Shown: positions 43,324 to 54,342, counted from the stretch's first letter. The stretch: 64,000 bases of DNA from an uncultured delta proteobacterium (GCA_963848295.1 CAWKDB010000011.1:384001-448000), one strand, 5' to 3'. Translations and numbers: made by a program. The notes: generated by a model from the letters alone, not told the origin.

Positions 43324-43428
43324 TCGCGCACACTCGGCGCCATGAAATCGCTGGTCGCCTTGGTGCCGCGGTGCCGCAGCTGATCCGGCTGCGGATGCGA
43401 GCCGTGACGGCGCCGTGAGCCCGACGGG

Positions 43429-44367
43429 TTACCTCACGCTCGTGACCGGGGTCGTCGACTGGATCACGGCGACGAAGTCGAACGTCGCGGTGATGAAGTG
43501 CCCGCCGACGTAGATTCCCGGTGTCGCGGTGAGCGCGAGCCCCGAACCGGCGACGCTCTGGATCCCGCCATCGACGTAGCCCTCGATCGCGAGCGTCTGA
43601 GAGGACACCGACTCGTCGATCTGCACCGCCCATGGCCCGAGCTCGAGCGGCGCGGGCAACGTGACCGAGCCGAGCGTTCCCGGCGACGTGATGCCCGTCG
43701 ATGCAATGTGAAACGTGCTGGTCGTCGCGCCGCTGTCGATCAGCTCGAAGTAGTAGTAGCTCGAGCCGCTGGGCGACCTGCTGAAGGACACGGTCAGGTT
43801 GTGAAAGCTCGCGCCCGAGACGAGTGCTTCGATCATGCCGCCGGTCACGATCCGGATCTCGCCGGTCGGGATCGAGCCATCATAGGCATTCGCCGCCGCG
43901 ACGATCGACGTGATCTCGAGCGCATCGTTCGCGACCGTGTCCATCGAATCCAGCGTCCAATCCATCGGCTGCTGCGCGAAGGTCTCGAACAGCAACCATT
44001 TCTGCTCGGCGATGTCGGGCTCTGGGTCGCAGGCGTCGCCGACGCCATCGCCATCGCTATCGTCGGCGTTGCCCGGGAGATACGGGCACGGATCGCACGC
44101 GTCGCCGAGGCCATCGGCATCTTCGTCGTGTTGATCGGCGTTGGCGACGGTCGGACAGTTGTCGATCGCGTCGGGGATGCCGTCGCCGTCGCTATCGGGA
44201 CCGGGCACCGCATCGATCGAGCTGTCGGCGATCACCGTCCCCGCCGGCTCGCACGCGTGGCTGACGCACACGAGCTGGTCCGGGCACGTGGTGTCGCATG
44301 CCGAGCCGACCAGGTCGTGCGACGCGTAGCACCCGGCCAGAGCGACGACCACGAGCGCGCGCGACAC
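43429..44367 (-). CDS. Thrombospondin type-3 repeat lipoprotein
   Basis: LAGC lipobox; [28 protein letters not shown] and [12 protein letters not shown]. Confidence 0.85.
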   Translation of the reverse strand: MSRALVVVALAGCYASHDLVGSACDTTCPDQLVCVSHACEPAGTVIADSSIDAVPGPDSDGDGIPDAIDNCPTVANADQHDEDADGLGDACDPCPYLPGNADDSDGDGVGDACDPEPDIAEQKWLLFETFAQQPMDWTLDSMDTVANDALEITSIVAAANAYDGSIPTGEIRIVTGGMIEALVSGASFHNLTVSFSRSPSGSSYYYFELIDSGATTSTFHIASTGITSPGTLGSVTLPAPLELGPWAVQIDESVSSQTLAIEGYVDGGIQSVAGSGLALTATPGIYVGGHFITATFDFVAVIQSTTPVTSVR

Positions 44368-44419
44368 GACGTCGAGGATACCCTTGCGGCGTCCCCAGCG
44401 GGGCTGCTACGTCAGGCGC

Positions 44420-45337
44420 ATGACTGAACGCATCGTCCACGTCTGCAACGGCGACAGCACCGCCGGCTCGCTCGAGCTCGCCGAGCTGCCTGGCGAGATC
44501 GTGGTGTGGGCCGACGCCCTCGATCAAGGGCCGTTGCTGCCGGTCGGTGACGCCGAGCACTACGCCGCGCGCGCGGCGTTCTGGGCAGAACGTGGACAGC
44601 CCAGTACGAGCGAACGTCTCGCGCAGTACGACCGAGACTTCGACGCCGCCGCGAGCGCCGACGAGCTCGTGCTGTGGTTCGAGCACGATCTGTTCGATCA
44701 GCTCGCGCTATGCCGACTGCTCGCCCGGCTATCGCGCCGCGGGATGCCGGCGACGCTGTCGATCGTCTCGATCGATCGCCACCCCGAGATCGCGACTTTC
44801 ATCGGCCTGGGCCAGCTCGAGCCAGAGCAGCTCGCCGCGCTGTGGCCCCGGCGCACGCCGCTGTCGCGCGATGCGATCGACGAAGCGATCACCGCGTGGA
44901 TCGCGGTGACCTCGGCCGATCCGCGCGCGCTGCCGTACCTGACCCGCCGGATCAAGGCGATGCCGTTTCTCGCCGGCGCGCTCGAGCGCCAGCTCGAAGA
45001 GCTACCGGATGCGACGAGCGGGATGACGCGGACCGAGCGTCAGCTACTCGCCGCGATCGCACGCAGCGAAGCCGAGCTGGTGCCGGCGTTGCAAGCGATC
45101 GATCCGCGCTATCCGATCACCGATGTCGTGCTTGCGGCGACGCAGCAAGCGCTCGCCCGCTGCGGGTTCGTGGACGGGTCTGGCCAGGTCACGCCGCTCG
45201 GCCGTCAGGCGCTCTCCGGCGCGATCGATCGCGTGCACGAGTGCGGCATCGACGATTGGCGCGGCGCGGTTCGGCTCGCCGGCCGCGGCCCGGTGTGGCG
45301 GTGGGACAGCCGCGAGCGCAAGCTGTTCGAGAAGTAA
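44420..45337 (+). CDS. DUF1835-like protein
   Basis: HVCNGDS, W.DAL.QGP, LWFEHDLFDQL and GLGQL. Confidence 0.75.
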   Translation: MTERIVHVCNGDSTAGSLELAELPGEIVVWADALDQGPLLPVGDAEHYAARAAFWAERGQPSTSERLAQYDRDFDAAASADELVLWFEHDLFDQLALCRLLARLSRRGMPATLSIVSIDRHPEIATFIGLGQLEPEQLAALWPRRTPLSRDAIDEAITAWIAVTSADPRALPYLTRRIKAMPFLAGALERQLEELPDATSGMTRTERQLLAAIARSEAELVPALQAIDPRYPITDVVLAATQQALARCGFVDGSGQVTPLGRQALSGAIDRVHECGIDDWRGAVRLAGRGPVWRWDSRERKLFEK

Positions 45338-45667
45338 CTACGCGACCGCGAGTCTCTCGACGACGCCGTCCATCGTGCCGGCGAGCATGTGTCGCCACAT
45401 CCGGAGATCGCCGCGCAGCGACCACACCGCGAACTTCGCGCTCCCCCATGTCGCGGGCTTGTTCTTCTCGAACACGAAGTGCCCGAACCACGCGAAGCCA
45501 TAGCCGGCGATCGGCGCGGCGAGCAAGGCTTGCGGGACGAACGGCGCGACCGCGACGCAGCCCATCGCGAGCGACGTGCCGATGAAGTGGAGCTGGCGCG
45601 ACGTCTTGTTGCGATGCTGCGAGACGTAGTACGGCCAGAATTCTTCGAAGCTCTGTGGAGCGCTCAT
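45338..45667 (-). CDS. DUF962/Mpo1-like small membrane protein
   Basis: FEEFWPYYVSQH, LHFIGT and AWFGHFVFEKNKPAT. Confidence 0.85.
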   Translation of the reverse strand: MSAPQSFEEFWPYYVSQHRNKTSRQLHFIGTSLAMGCVAVAPFVPQALLAAPIAGYGFAWFGHFVFEKNKPATWGSAKFAVWSLRGDLRMWRHMLAGTMDGVVERLAVA

Positions 45668-45930
45668 GGCCGCGAGATAGCGCGGCCATCCGGCGGTGTC
45701 ACCGATGGATCGACGCCACCAGGCGCAGGAAATGGCTCGCGCCTTGGATAACTCGATGAGCAGTGCGGGAGCTGAAGGCTAGCCATTTAGGCGGAATTGC
45801 CCGAGATCTCGGCGGGGTCACTACGCACCAGTTGGGGTCTGGGGTCCCAGATCCGGGGCCACGCAACCCATACACAACACGAGGTTACCAATGTTCGCGC
45901 CCAGGCACGTAACTTGTACACATGCTCAAC

Positions 45931-46740
<810 letters not shown>

Positions 46741-46761
46741 CTACAGCTCATGCGCATCGCG

Positions 46762-46791
46762 ACGGCCCGCCCTGCGGGCCGTTTGCGTTTT
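46762..46791 (+). terminator. Intrinsic terminator
   Basis: ACGGCCCGC-CCT-GCGGGCCGT followed by TTGCGTTTT. Confidence 0.7.
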
Positions 46792-46953
46792 CGGAAATGG
46801 TGACGCTGTCTCTATTGTCAACTTGCGTCGAAGAAGTCTGGGGACGGTGTCGCTATTGTCAACTTGCGAGACACGAGGGGACTTGGAGTCCCTTGGCCGT
46901 AAAGCACATCGCGTCCCTGCTAGCGCCGGGGACGCGACACGACGGACAGCGGC

Positions 46954-47940
46954 TCAATCGCAGACCGGGAGCTCTTCGCAGCTGGATAGCTCGCCCGAGT
47001 CCTCGCAGAAGCTACTGACGCAGTCGTTGTTGGTATCGCAGATCGCGCCATCGGCGAACAGCGCGATGCAGGTCCCCGACGGCGCATCGCAGAACGCGTC
47101 GGCCTCGCAGCGCTCGCTGCACGGCGAGCCGATGTCGGGGGCATCCGCGCACAGGCCGGACCCGGCATCGCAGACGCCGTACGGCGAACAGTCGGCGGCG
47201 CCGGTGCATGGGGCGCCGGTGAGCCCGACCGGCTCGCAAATCTTCGACGCGTTGCAGTGATCGCCGATCTCAGCGCACAGCCCGTTCGGACACGGCTGGC
47301 CGTCCGCGGCAGCGGCGTAGCATGTGCCCGGGAACGTCGCGGTCGAGCACGCGAGCCCGTACACGCAATCGGCGTCGATGTAACAGTTGTCGCCTTGGTT
47401 CCCGAACGCGACGCATACCTTATCGATCGTGCAGTACGAACCAGCGACGCAATCCGCCGTGATGTTGCACGCGTCTCCGATCGCCGCTGCGCCCGCGACC
47501 GCGCACGTGCCGGCGCAACAAGCGGACGGATCACAGTTGCTGCCGAGGGCGCACCGCCCGGAGTCGCACTCGGAGTCGAGGAAGCACGGATCTGCGATCG
47601 CGCCATCGCCGGTGAAGACCTCAGCGCACACCGCAGGCGGCAGGCGAGCGCCCTCGGTCGAGCCGTCGCACGTGATCCCGGCGAGCGCGTTGACGCAGCC
47701 GTTCGCAGCCTCGCCGTCGTAGTGGACCTTGCCGGCGGTGACCGCGGCGTCGAGGCTGGTGTTCGGGACGAGCTTGAAGAACGCAAGGCACGCCGTCGAG
47801 CTCTCGAACAGCCCACAGCGAACCAACCGCGTGCACTGCGCCGCGACCTGACGCGACGCGAAGTCATCGTATGCGATCGTCGGAGCCGGCTTACACGCGG
47901 CAACTGCGAGCAACACGCCTGCAATCCGCGAGCACCTCAC
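46954..47940 (-). CDS. Cys-rich repeat lipoprotein
   Basis: VAAC lipobox; repeated G..C....DC..G..C units. Confidence 0.8.
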   Translation of the reverse strand: MRCSRIAGVLLAVAACKPAPTIAYDDFASRQVAAQCTRLVRCGLFESSTACLAFFKLVPNTSLDAAVTAGKVHYDGEAANGCVNALAGITCDGSTEGARLPPAVCAEVFTGDGAIADPCFLDSECDSGRCALGSNCDPSACCAGTCAVAGAAAIGDACNITADCVAGSYCTIDKVCVAFGNQGDNCYIDADCVYGLACSTATFPGTCYAAAADGQPCPNGLCAEIGDHCNASKICEPVGLTGAPCTGAADCSPYGVCDAGSGLCADAPDIGSPCSERCEADAFCDAPSGTCIALFADGAICDTNNDCVSSFCEDSGELSSCEELPVCD

Positions 47941-47968
47941 TCGAGCGATGGTACCCGAACGCCGGTGA

Positions 47969-48250
47969 CTACGGCTTGCCCATGACTTTGCGGACCCACG
48001 AACGCGCCTGGACGACCCCGCCGCTGACTCCGCTCATCCAGCTCGACCGGCCGGTCGCCTTCGCGATCTTGGGGCCGAAGAAGTACAGCGCCGCCGCCCA
48101 CGCCACCACGAGGACGTAGACCGCCAAGCTCATGCCGGGCACGACCATCGCGAGCAGTAACGCCCCGGCGGTCAGCACCGCGACCACGATGCCCAGCCGT
48201 AGCCCGAGGTACCAGGCCGTCAAACCACCGACGATCAGCGCGGGAATCAC
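47969..48250 (-). CDS. Small hypothetical membrane protein
   Basis: 93 aa, mostly hydrophobic; co-oriented with neighbours. Confidence 0.65.
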   Translation of the reverse strand: MIPALIVGGLTAWYLGLRLGIVVAVLTAGALLLAMVVPGMSLAVYVLVVAWAAALYFFGPKIAKATGRSSWMSGVSGGVVQARSWVRKVMGKP

Positions 48251-48288
48251 AGCCCAAGGCTAGCACGCCGGCGGGCCGCAACCAGGGC

Positions 48289-49776
48289 TTACTCGAGGCG
48301 CTCGCGGCACGGAAAGTCGCAGTTCTTGCGGTGGCTGCAGTCGTACGCGCAGCCTGCGGCGAGCGCGAACAGCGCGAGCACCTCGTCGGCCGGCCCGGTC
48401 GGCACGAGCTTGCGGGCGGCCCGGCTCGAGATGACCAGCGCGGCGGCATCGCTCGCGTACGGCGTGGTCGTGAAGCCGAGCCGAAACAGCGTGTCGCGAA
48501 CGATGCGATGCGGCGTGACCGTGAAGTCGGCGAGGTCGTCGTAGCGAATCACGCCGAGCCGCGCGAGCATGTCCATGATCCAGAACAGCTCGACGCGAAA
48601 CAAGCCGCGACCGAGCGCGGTATCGAGCGCGGCGAACGCGGCGGCGGCCGAGCCCTTGCCGTCGAGACCCGCCGCGAGCTCCGGCGCTTCGGCGCAGCGC
48701 CGAGCCGCGAGCGACGCCAGCATCAGCGCGCGCGCATCGATCTGCGCGGGCAGCGTCTCGGGCACCGTCCCTTGGTAGAGGTCGGCGAGCACGCCGGCTT
48801 TGTCGAGCGCGGTGTAGGCGGCGATCACGCCGACGCGATCGCGGTCGAGCCGGAACGCGAGCGCCGATGCCACCGCGATGCGATAGAGCACTTCGTCGGC
48901 TTGCTCGACCCAGCTCTCGGCGTCGATCCCGAAGTCCGACGGCTGATAACCGAGCGGCTGCTGCTCGAACTCGCTCCACCACGCCCCGATCCGCGCTTGC
49001 GATTCGGCGAGCACGTCGTCGGGGAAGCCCGCGGCGAACCGCGAGGTCGCGACCGGGCGCTCGCGATTGCGCGGCGACGGCACACCGTCGGCAGATAACT
49101 GGCGCAACGGCGCCGGCAACGGCGAGCCCGAAGGCGCCGACGCCGCGACCGGGATCGAGTGCTCCGCCGGACCGACCTCGGCCGGGGCGGATTCTTCGTC
49201 GGCGACGGTGGGGATCACCGGCTCGGGCTCCGGCTTGTCCTCGGCGAGGAACTCGTCGACGTCGAGCGCCGCCGCGAGCTGCTGATAGCGATCGATGCGC
49301 GGGCCCGCCGCGACCGCGACCCCGACGGTGCGCAACAGGCCGCACGTCAGCGCGATCTGGAGCCACAGCTCGAGCCCGGGTCGCGACGGCACGACGCCGT
49401 GGTAGTGCGCCGACGCGAGGTGCTTGTAGACTTCGTCCTTGTGATACGCGCGCGTGCCGACGAGGTCGATGACGGTCTTGCCGAGCAACGCGTTGAGGTG
49501 CCACAGCCGGTCGAGCACGGCCGTCGCGATCGCGTCATCGTTCGCCGCGCCCGCGAGCTCCTGGGTGAACAGCGACGGCATGACGGTCGCGCCACCGACG
49601 CCAAGAAACCGGAGCAGCGCCGCCGGTCGCTCGCGATCCCACAGCTTCGCGGCGCGCAGCCGGCTGCGGAGCTCGCGATACGGCTCGCCCTTCGCGGGCA
49701 GCTCCTTGCAGACCTTGACGACGACCGGCAGCATCGTGCGCCAGTCGATCGGCGGCAGCTCGATGACCTGAGGCAT
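48289..49776 (-). CDS. Hypothetical protein with C-terminal four-Cys cluster
   Basis: Good codon usage from MPQVIELP; ends CAYDCSHRKNCDFPC. Confidence 0.75.
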   Translation of the reverse strand: MPQVIELPPIDWRTMLPVVVKVCKELPAKGEPYRELRSRLRAAKLWDRERPAALLRFLGVGGATVMPSLFTQELAGAANDDAIATAVLDRLWHLNALLGKTVIDLVGTRAYHKDEVYKHLASAHYHGVVPSRPGLELWLQIALTCGLLRTVGVAVAAGPRIDRYQQLAAALDVDEFLAEDKPEPEPVIPTVADEESAPAEVGPAEHSIPVAASAPSGSPLPAPLRQLSADGVPSPRNRERPVATSRFAAGFPDDVLAESQARIGAWWSEFEQQPLGYQPSDFGIDAESWVEQADEVLYRIAVASALAFRLDRDRVGVIAAYTALDKAGVLADLYQGTVPETLPAQIDARALMLASLAARRCAEAPELAAGLDGKGSAAAAFAALDTALGRGLFRVELFWIMDMLARLGVIRYDDLADFTVTPHRIVRDTLFRLGFTTTPYASDAAALVISSRAARKLVPTGPADEVLALFALAAGCAYDCSHRKNCDFPCRERLE

Positions 49777-49864
49777 CGCGCCAAGATTACACGATCTATC
49801 GTTGGTAACCGCGGCGAGAGCCGGCGGATGGGCGGTGATCGATGTGCGATAATCCAGGCACGAC

Positions 49865-50899
49865 ATGCGAAGCCTGAAGCGGCTCGTCGGTGCGGCAGCG
49901 AGCGTGTTCGCGGTCGGGCTCGGCCAGGCGCTCGCTGGTCGCCGCCGCGCCGCGATCGTCTGGGCGCTCGCGCGCGTCGTGACCGCGGCACTCGCGATCG
50001 TCTCGGTGTGGTTCGGCGTGCTGTCGCTGACCATCGCGCTCGCCGGCGCGATCGATGCGTACCAGTGCCTGACCAAGGCCGACCGCATCGAGCTCCTCGA
50101 TCCGGTCGCGCTTGGCATCGTGCCGTTCACGATCGTGTCGGTGTTGGCGACCCACTGGTTCGTCGTCGAGGGCTACCGGATCCCGACGAGCTCGATGTAT
50201 CCGACGCTGTGGCTCGAGGATCGGGTCTACGTCGACAAGCTGTCGCCGCGCTGGCATCCGCTCCAGCCGGGCGAGATCGTGGCGTTCGTCTATCCGTGCG
50301 ATCACAGCGAGGACTACATCAAGCGCGTGATCGCGGTCGCCGGCGATCGCGTCGAGCTGCGCTGCAGCAAGCTCTACGTCAACGACCAGCTCGTCCCCGA
50401 GCGGCTCGTGAGCGAGAGCTACGACTACGAGGATCGCCGCGATGACGGCAACTGGATGACCGCGCACGCGAGCGAGTACCGCGAGAGCCTCGGCGGCCAC
50501 GACTTCGACGTGCTGCTCGATCCGAGTCGACCGGCGCGCGATCGCCAGCTCGCCGCCGGCAACTACTCGCAGCGAGCCCCGAACGACTTCCCGCTCCTGA
50601 ACGGCAATCCGTTTCCGCCGAGCTGCCGCCGCACAGCAGAGCCCGGCGGCGCGCGCGAGCAAGTGCTCGGCAAGCTGATCGTGACCAAGCCCGCCGCCGT
50701 GGCGCAGCCGTGCGAGCTGCAAGCTCACTACGTCGTGCCCCCGGATTCGCTGTTCGTGCTCGGCGACAACCGCGCGAACTCGAACGACTCGCGGGTGTGG
50801 GGTGCGGTGCCGGTGGCGCTCGTGATCGGCCGGGTCACGTCGGTGTTCTGGCACGGCGGGCGCGGCAGCTCGTGGTCGCGCATCGGCAGCGTCGAGTAG
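49865..50899 (+). CDS. lepB: Signal peptidase I
   Basis: SMYPTL (catalytic Ser), YIKRVIA (catalytic Lys) and GDNRANSNDSR. Confidence 0.92.
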   Translation: MRSLKRLVGAAASVFAVGLGQALAGRRRAAIVWALARVVTAALAIVSVWFGVLSLTIALAGAIDAYQCLTKADRIELLDPVALGIVPFTIVSVLATHWFVVEGYRIPTSSMYPTLWLEDRVYVDKLSPRWHPLQPGEIVAFVYPCDHSEDYIKRVIAVAGDRVELRCSKLYVNDQLVPERLVSESYDYEDRRDDGNWMTAHASEYRESLGGHDFDVLLDPSRPARDRQLAAGNYSQRAPNDFPLLNGNPFPPSCRRTAEPGGAREQVLGKLIVTKPAAVAQPCELQAHYVVPPDSLFVLGDNRANSNDSRVWGAVPVALVIGRVTSVFWHGGRGSSWSRIGSVE

Positions 50900-51511
50900 T
50901 CAGGCCGCGCGCGTCCACGCGACGTGATGATCGTCGAACGCGTGGCGCCAGTCGCCGCCCCATTCCCAGCCGAGCTCGTCGAACGCGGCGACGACCGGTC
51001 CCGGGCGCACGATCATGCCGGGGCGAATGTCGCGGCGATCGGCGAACGCGGCGCCGGCAGGCGGCTCGATGCGATCCGGCTTGCGCCACGGATTCTCGAC
51101 CGGGTTGAGATCGATCGCGCGACCGAGCGCATGGGCCGACAGGACGGTCGTCCCGGCGACGACGCGAAAGTTGAACGCCGACGAGTTGTCCGCCGCCATC
51201 GATGCATCGTCGGAGGCCGCGAAGTCATCGACCAGCCGGAGCGAACGGATCGGAAAGCCGAGCGTATACAACCGGCGGAACAACGTGACCGCGTGAGGCG
51301 CGATCGCGGCCGCGACGACGAGCTCGCCGCGCGCGACCCCGCCGTCCATCGCGACGTGATCGACCGTGAGGTAGGCGAGCTGCGCGAAGTCCGGGCACCG
51401 CGCATCGTCGTCGCGATGCGAGACGCGCCGCATGCGCGCTCGCACCTCCTCGGGCACCGGCGACACCGTCGCGGCGAAGGCTCGACTCGGCGGCGCGAAT
51501 AACGCGCCCAC
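50900..51511 (-). CDS. M15-family D-Ala-D-Ala/L-Ala-D-Glu metallopeptidase
   Basis: SAFNFR, SAHALGRAIDLNP and WGGDW..DDHH; GTG start overlaps upstream TAG. Confidence 0.85.
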   Translation of the reverse strand: MGALFAPPSRAFAATVSPVPEEVRARMRRVSHRDDDARCPDFAQLAYLTVDHVAMDGGVARGELVVAAAIAPHAVTLFRRLYTLGFPIRSLRLVDDFAASDDASMAADNSSAFNFRVVAGTTVLSAHALGRAIDLNPVENPWRKPDRIEPPAGAAFADRRDIRPGMIVRPGPVVAAFDELGWEWGGDWRHAFDDHHVAWTRAA

Positions 51512-52695
51512 TACTGGCTCGGCGATTCCGGATTCGCAGCCGGAGCCGGTGCCGTTCCCGCTGCCGCTGCCGTCCCCGATGCCGATGCCGGTGCCGTACC
51601 CGATGCCGATGCCGGTGCCGTACCCGATGCCGATGCCGGTGCCGTACCCGATGCCGATGCCGGTGCCGTACCCGATGCCGATGCCGCCGCCGCTGCCGGC
51701 TTCGCTGCCGCTGCCGTTCCCGCTGCCGCTGGCCGCGCAGCGATCGGCTGCGGCGGCGCGATCGGCGGGAGATGGACGAGCGTCGCACTCCGCCGCATCG
51801 CGAACAGCGCGAACGGATGTTGTGGATGCGCGGTCGCGAACTTGTCGTACTCGCCGCGCGCCTTGCCCCACTGGCCGGCGCGATCGAGCACCGAAGCGAG
51901 CTGGAATCGCGCGTCGTCCTCGGCGACCTCGGCCGCGATCGCGGCATCGAGCTGGGTGATCGCCGCCGGCAGCTCATTGACCCGACTCCGCGCGACCCCG
52001 ATCATGTAGTGCATCTCGGCGGCGCGTGGCCCGGTCGGCTCGATCGTCAACGCTTGTTCGAGCGGCGCGATCACTTCGCTGAACTTCTGCGCTTTGAATG
52101 CGGCGCTCGCCGTCTTCATCGCGGCGTCGACCGCGATCGTGCCGGCCTGCTTGACGCGTGCGACGAGCAACTCGCGCTCGGGCTTCGGGATCGGCGCGCC
52201 GTCGAGCTCGCCGAGGCGCTTGGCGGCCTCGGTTCGCTTGCCCGCTTCGAGCAGCGAGTAGAGCTCGAGCACCTTGGCATCGGCCGCATCGCGCGCCACC
52301 GCGCGGGTCGTCGCTTCGTCCGCCCGCCGGACAGCCGCATCGCGCTCGCTCGCGGCCTTGTCGCGGCCATCGACCAGATCCGCCGCTCGGCTGCGATAGA
52401 GCAAGTATGCGCCCGACGCGCACAGCGTCGTGAACACGAGGTACGCGACGAACGAGTTGAGGTTGAGCCCACGCGTCCGCCGGCGCTGGACCTCGACGAG
52501 CGCTCCGATCGACTCGGCGAGTTGACTGACCTGGAGCTGGGTGCGCCGGGTCTGCGAGACCTGGTCATCGAGCTTGCGGCGCAAGCCATCGAGCAGCGCC
52601 CAGCCGTCGGCGTCGTCGTGCGCGCCCGGATCGGCCTCCGGCGCCCCTGCTGGACGAGGCTCGGGCTCGGGCTCGGGCCGGGCGGCGACGGTCAT
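51511..52695 (-). CDS. Membrane-anchored coiled-coil/TPR protein with Ala-rich repeat tail
   Basis: One TM; coiled coil; TPR-like AEMHYMIG and ARFQLASVL; (ASASGTAP)n tail. Confidence 0.75.
   Translation of the reverse strand: MTVAARPEPEPEPRPAGAPEADPGAHDDADGWALLDGLRRKLDDQVSQTRRTQLQVSQLAESIGALVEVQRRRTRGLNLNSFVAYLVFTTLCASGAYLLYRSRAADLVDGRDKAASERDAAVRRADEATTRAVARDAADAKVLELYSLLEAGKRTEAAKRLGELDGAPIPKPERELLVARVKQAGTIAVDAAMKTASAAFKAQKFSEVIAPLEQALTIEPTGPRAAEMHYMIGVARSRVNELPAAITQLDAAIAAEVAEDDARFQLASVLDRAGQWGKARGEYDKFATAHPQHPFALFAMRRSATLVHLPPIAPPQPIAARPAAAGTAAAAKPAAAAASASGTAPASASGTAPASASGTAPASASGTAPASASGTAAAAGTAPAPAANPESPSQ
51543..51730 (-). repeat. GGNNNC hexamer array containing 24-bp units (GGCATCGGCATCGGGTACGGCACC)
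   Basis: Read directly; lies inside the 3' end of the TPR gene. Confidence 0.9.
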
Positions 52696-52806
52696 CGCCC
52701 GTTCGTGCCCGGAAACCGCTGCCAAATCAAGCGCTCCGTTCGCATTGAGCACCCCCGTCGAGCCTGCTATGGTGCGCCGGCCCGAGTCTGCCTCGGGCGA
52801 GTTGAC

Positions 52807-54342
52807 ATGACCCTGCTCTACGACTGGCTGAAGAAGGCCGCAAAGGCCCAAGGCAACAACAAGGCCGTCGTCTACCGGGACAACTACCTGTCGTGGCGCG
52901 GCTTGCTCCACCGCGTCGATCGCCGCGCGCAAGAGTTCAAGAGCATGGGGATCAAAGAGGGCGCGTGGGTCGGGCTGATGCTCGGCAACGTCCCCGACTT
53001 CGTGATCCTCGCGCTCGCGCTGTCGAAGCTCGAGGCGACGATCGTCCCGATCGACCCGACGACCGGTGGGCGCGAGCTCGAGCTGATCCTCGCCGCCGCG
53101 CCGTTGCGCGCACTGGTCACTCGTCCGCGCGGTAGCGAAGGCTCGATCAGCGCGAACGGGACGAGCGCCCCGGTGCCGCCGTCGACCCTGCCTCGCGCTC
53201 GCGTCTCACGCCCGACCTCGCCACTCCCCGGCGTGCCCACGGTCGTGCCGTCCGCCGATGCCGCCGAGGTTCGCCGCCGCCTACAAGGCACGCTGCTGAC
53301 GTGCTCGGTCTACAAGCGCAGCCCGCCCGATCACGGCGTCGATCCGATCGCCGTGCTGTTCACCGCCGATTCGCTCGGCGACCCCAAGGGGGTGCTGCGC
53401 ACCGACAAGAACACGATCGCGGCGGTCGACCACGCGATCGCCGCGCTCGCGATGACGACCAAGACCAAGGTGTTGGTCGCGATGCCGCTGTTCCACGCCT
53501 ACGGCTGGGACCTCGGCTTCCTCCCGACGCTCAAGCTCGGCTCGTCGATGTTCCTCGAAGAAGAGGTCTCGGCCCGCCGGATCGGCAAGCTCGTCCGCGA
53601 GCACGACGTCGACGTGTTGCCCGGCACGCCTGCGATGTACGCCGAGCTCGCGAAGCTGCCGACCGCGAAGAAGATCGAGGTCGCGAACCCGAAGTACATC
53701 TCCGCGGGCAGCCGGCTCGATCAGAGCGTCGCCGACATGTTCCTCGCCGAGTACGGCGTCAAGATCCTCAGCTGCTACCACTCGACCGAGGCCGCGACGG
53801 TCGCGCTCGACGACACCGGCAAGTACCCGACCACGGTCGGCAAGCCGATCGATGGCGTCGAAGTGAAGATCACGTCGCCCGATGGCAAAGCTGCCGGCGC
53901 GAAAGAGGGCCAGATCTGGGTCAGGAGCAAGACCCTGTCGCCGAAGTCGATCGGGCCGTTCGACGGCGAGGACAAGCCGACGACCCGCGCGTCCGGGATG
54001 GTCGCGATCGGCGCGATCGACAAGGCGGGCTGGCTCCGCACCGGCGACCTCGGCAAGATCGACAAGAACGGCCGGCTCGCGATCACCGGTCGCGAGGACG
54101 ATGTCGTCAAGGTCGACGGCAAGCGCGTCGCGCTCGGCGAGGTCGAGGGCTGCCTCGAGTCATTCCCGAAGATCAAGGCCGCGCAGGCAACGGTCGTCAC
54201 CGATCCGATGGCGGGCGCGATGGTCGTCGCGCGTGTCGTGATGAAGACGAAGTGCGGCGCCGAAGAGATCATCGATCACTGCGCGCGCAACCTGGCGCCG
54301 TACAAAGTGCCGCGTCGCATCGAGTTCTGCGAAGCGATCTGA
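52807..54342 (+). CDS. AMP-binding (ANL superfamily) protein with degenerate catalytic motifs
   Basis: FTADSLGDPKGV, PLFHAYG, YHSTE, GWLRTGDLG, GREDD and LAPYKVPR. Confidence 0.85.
   Translation: MTLLYDWLKKAAKAQGNNKAVVYRDNYLSWRGLLHRVDRRAQEFKSMGIKEGAWVGLMLGNVPDFVILALALSKLEATIVPIDPTTGGRELELILAAAPLRALVTRPRGSEGSISANGTSAPVPPSTLPRARVSRPTSPLPGVPTVVPSADAAEVRRRLQGTLLTCSVYKRSPPDHGVDPIAVLFTADSLGDPKGVLRTDKNTIAAVDHAIAALAMTTKTKVLVAMPLFHAYGWDLGFLPTLKLGSSMFLEEEVSARRIGKLVREHDVDVLPGTPAMYAELAKLPTAKKIEVANPKYISAGSRLDQSVADMFLAEYGVKILSCYHSTEAATVALDDTGKYPTTVGKPIDGVEVKITSPDGKAAGAKEGQIWVRSKTLSPKSIGPFDGEDKPTTRASGMVAIGAIDKAGWLRTGDLGKIDKNGRLAITGREDDVVKVDGKRVALGEVEGCLESFPKIKAAQATVVTDPMAGAMVVARVVMKTKCGAEEIIDHCARNLAPYKVPRRIEFCEAI

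Noticed and set aside
45338..45667. Mpo1-like protein (and the C45-like gene) as part of the sphingolipid-type pathway at 1-9390
   Set aside because: They lie 36-46 kb away, the families are widespread, and nothing in the sequence links them.
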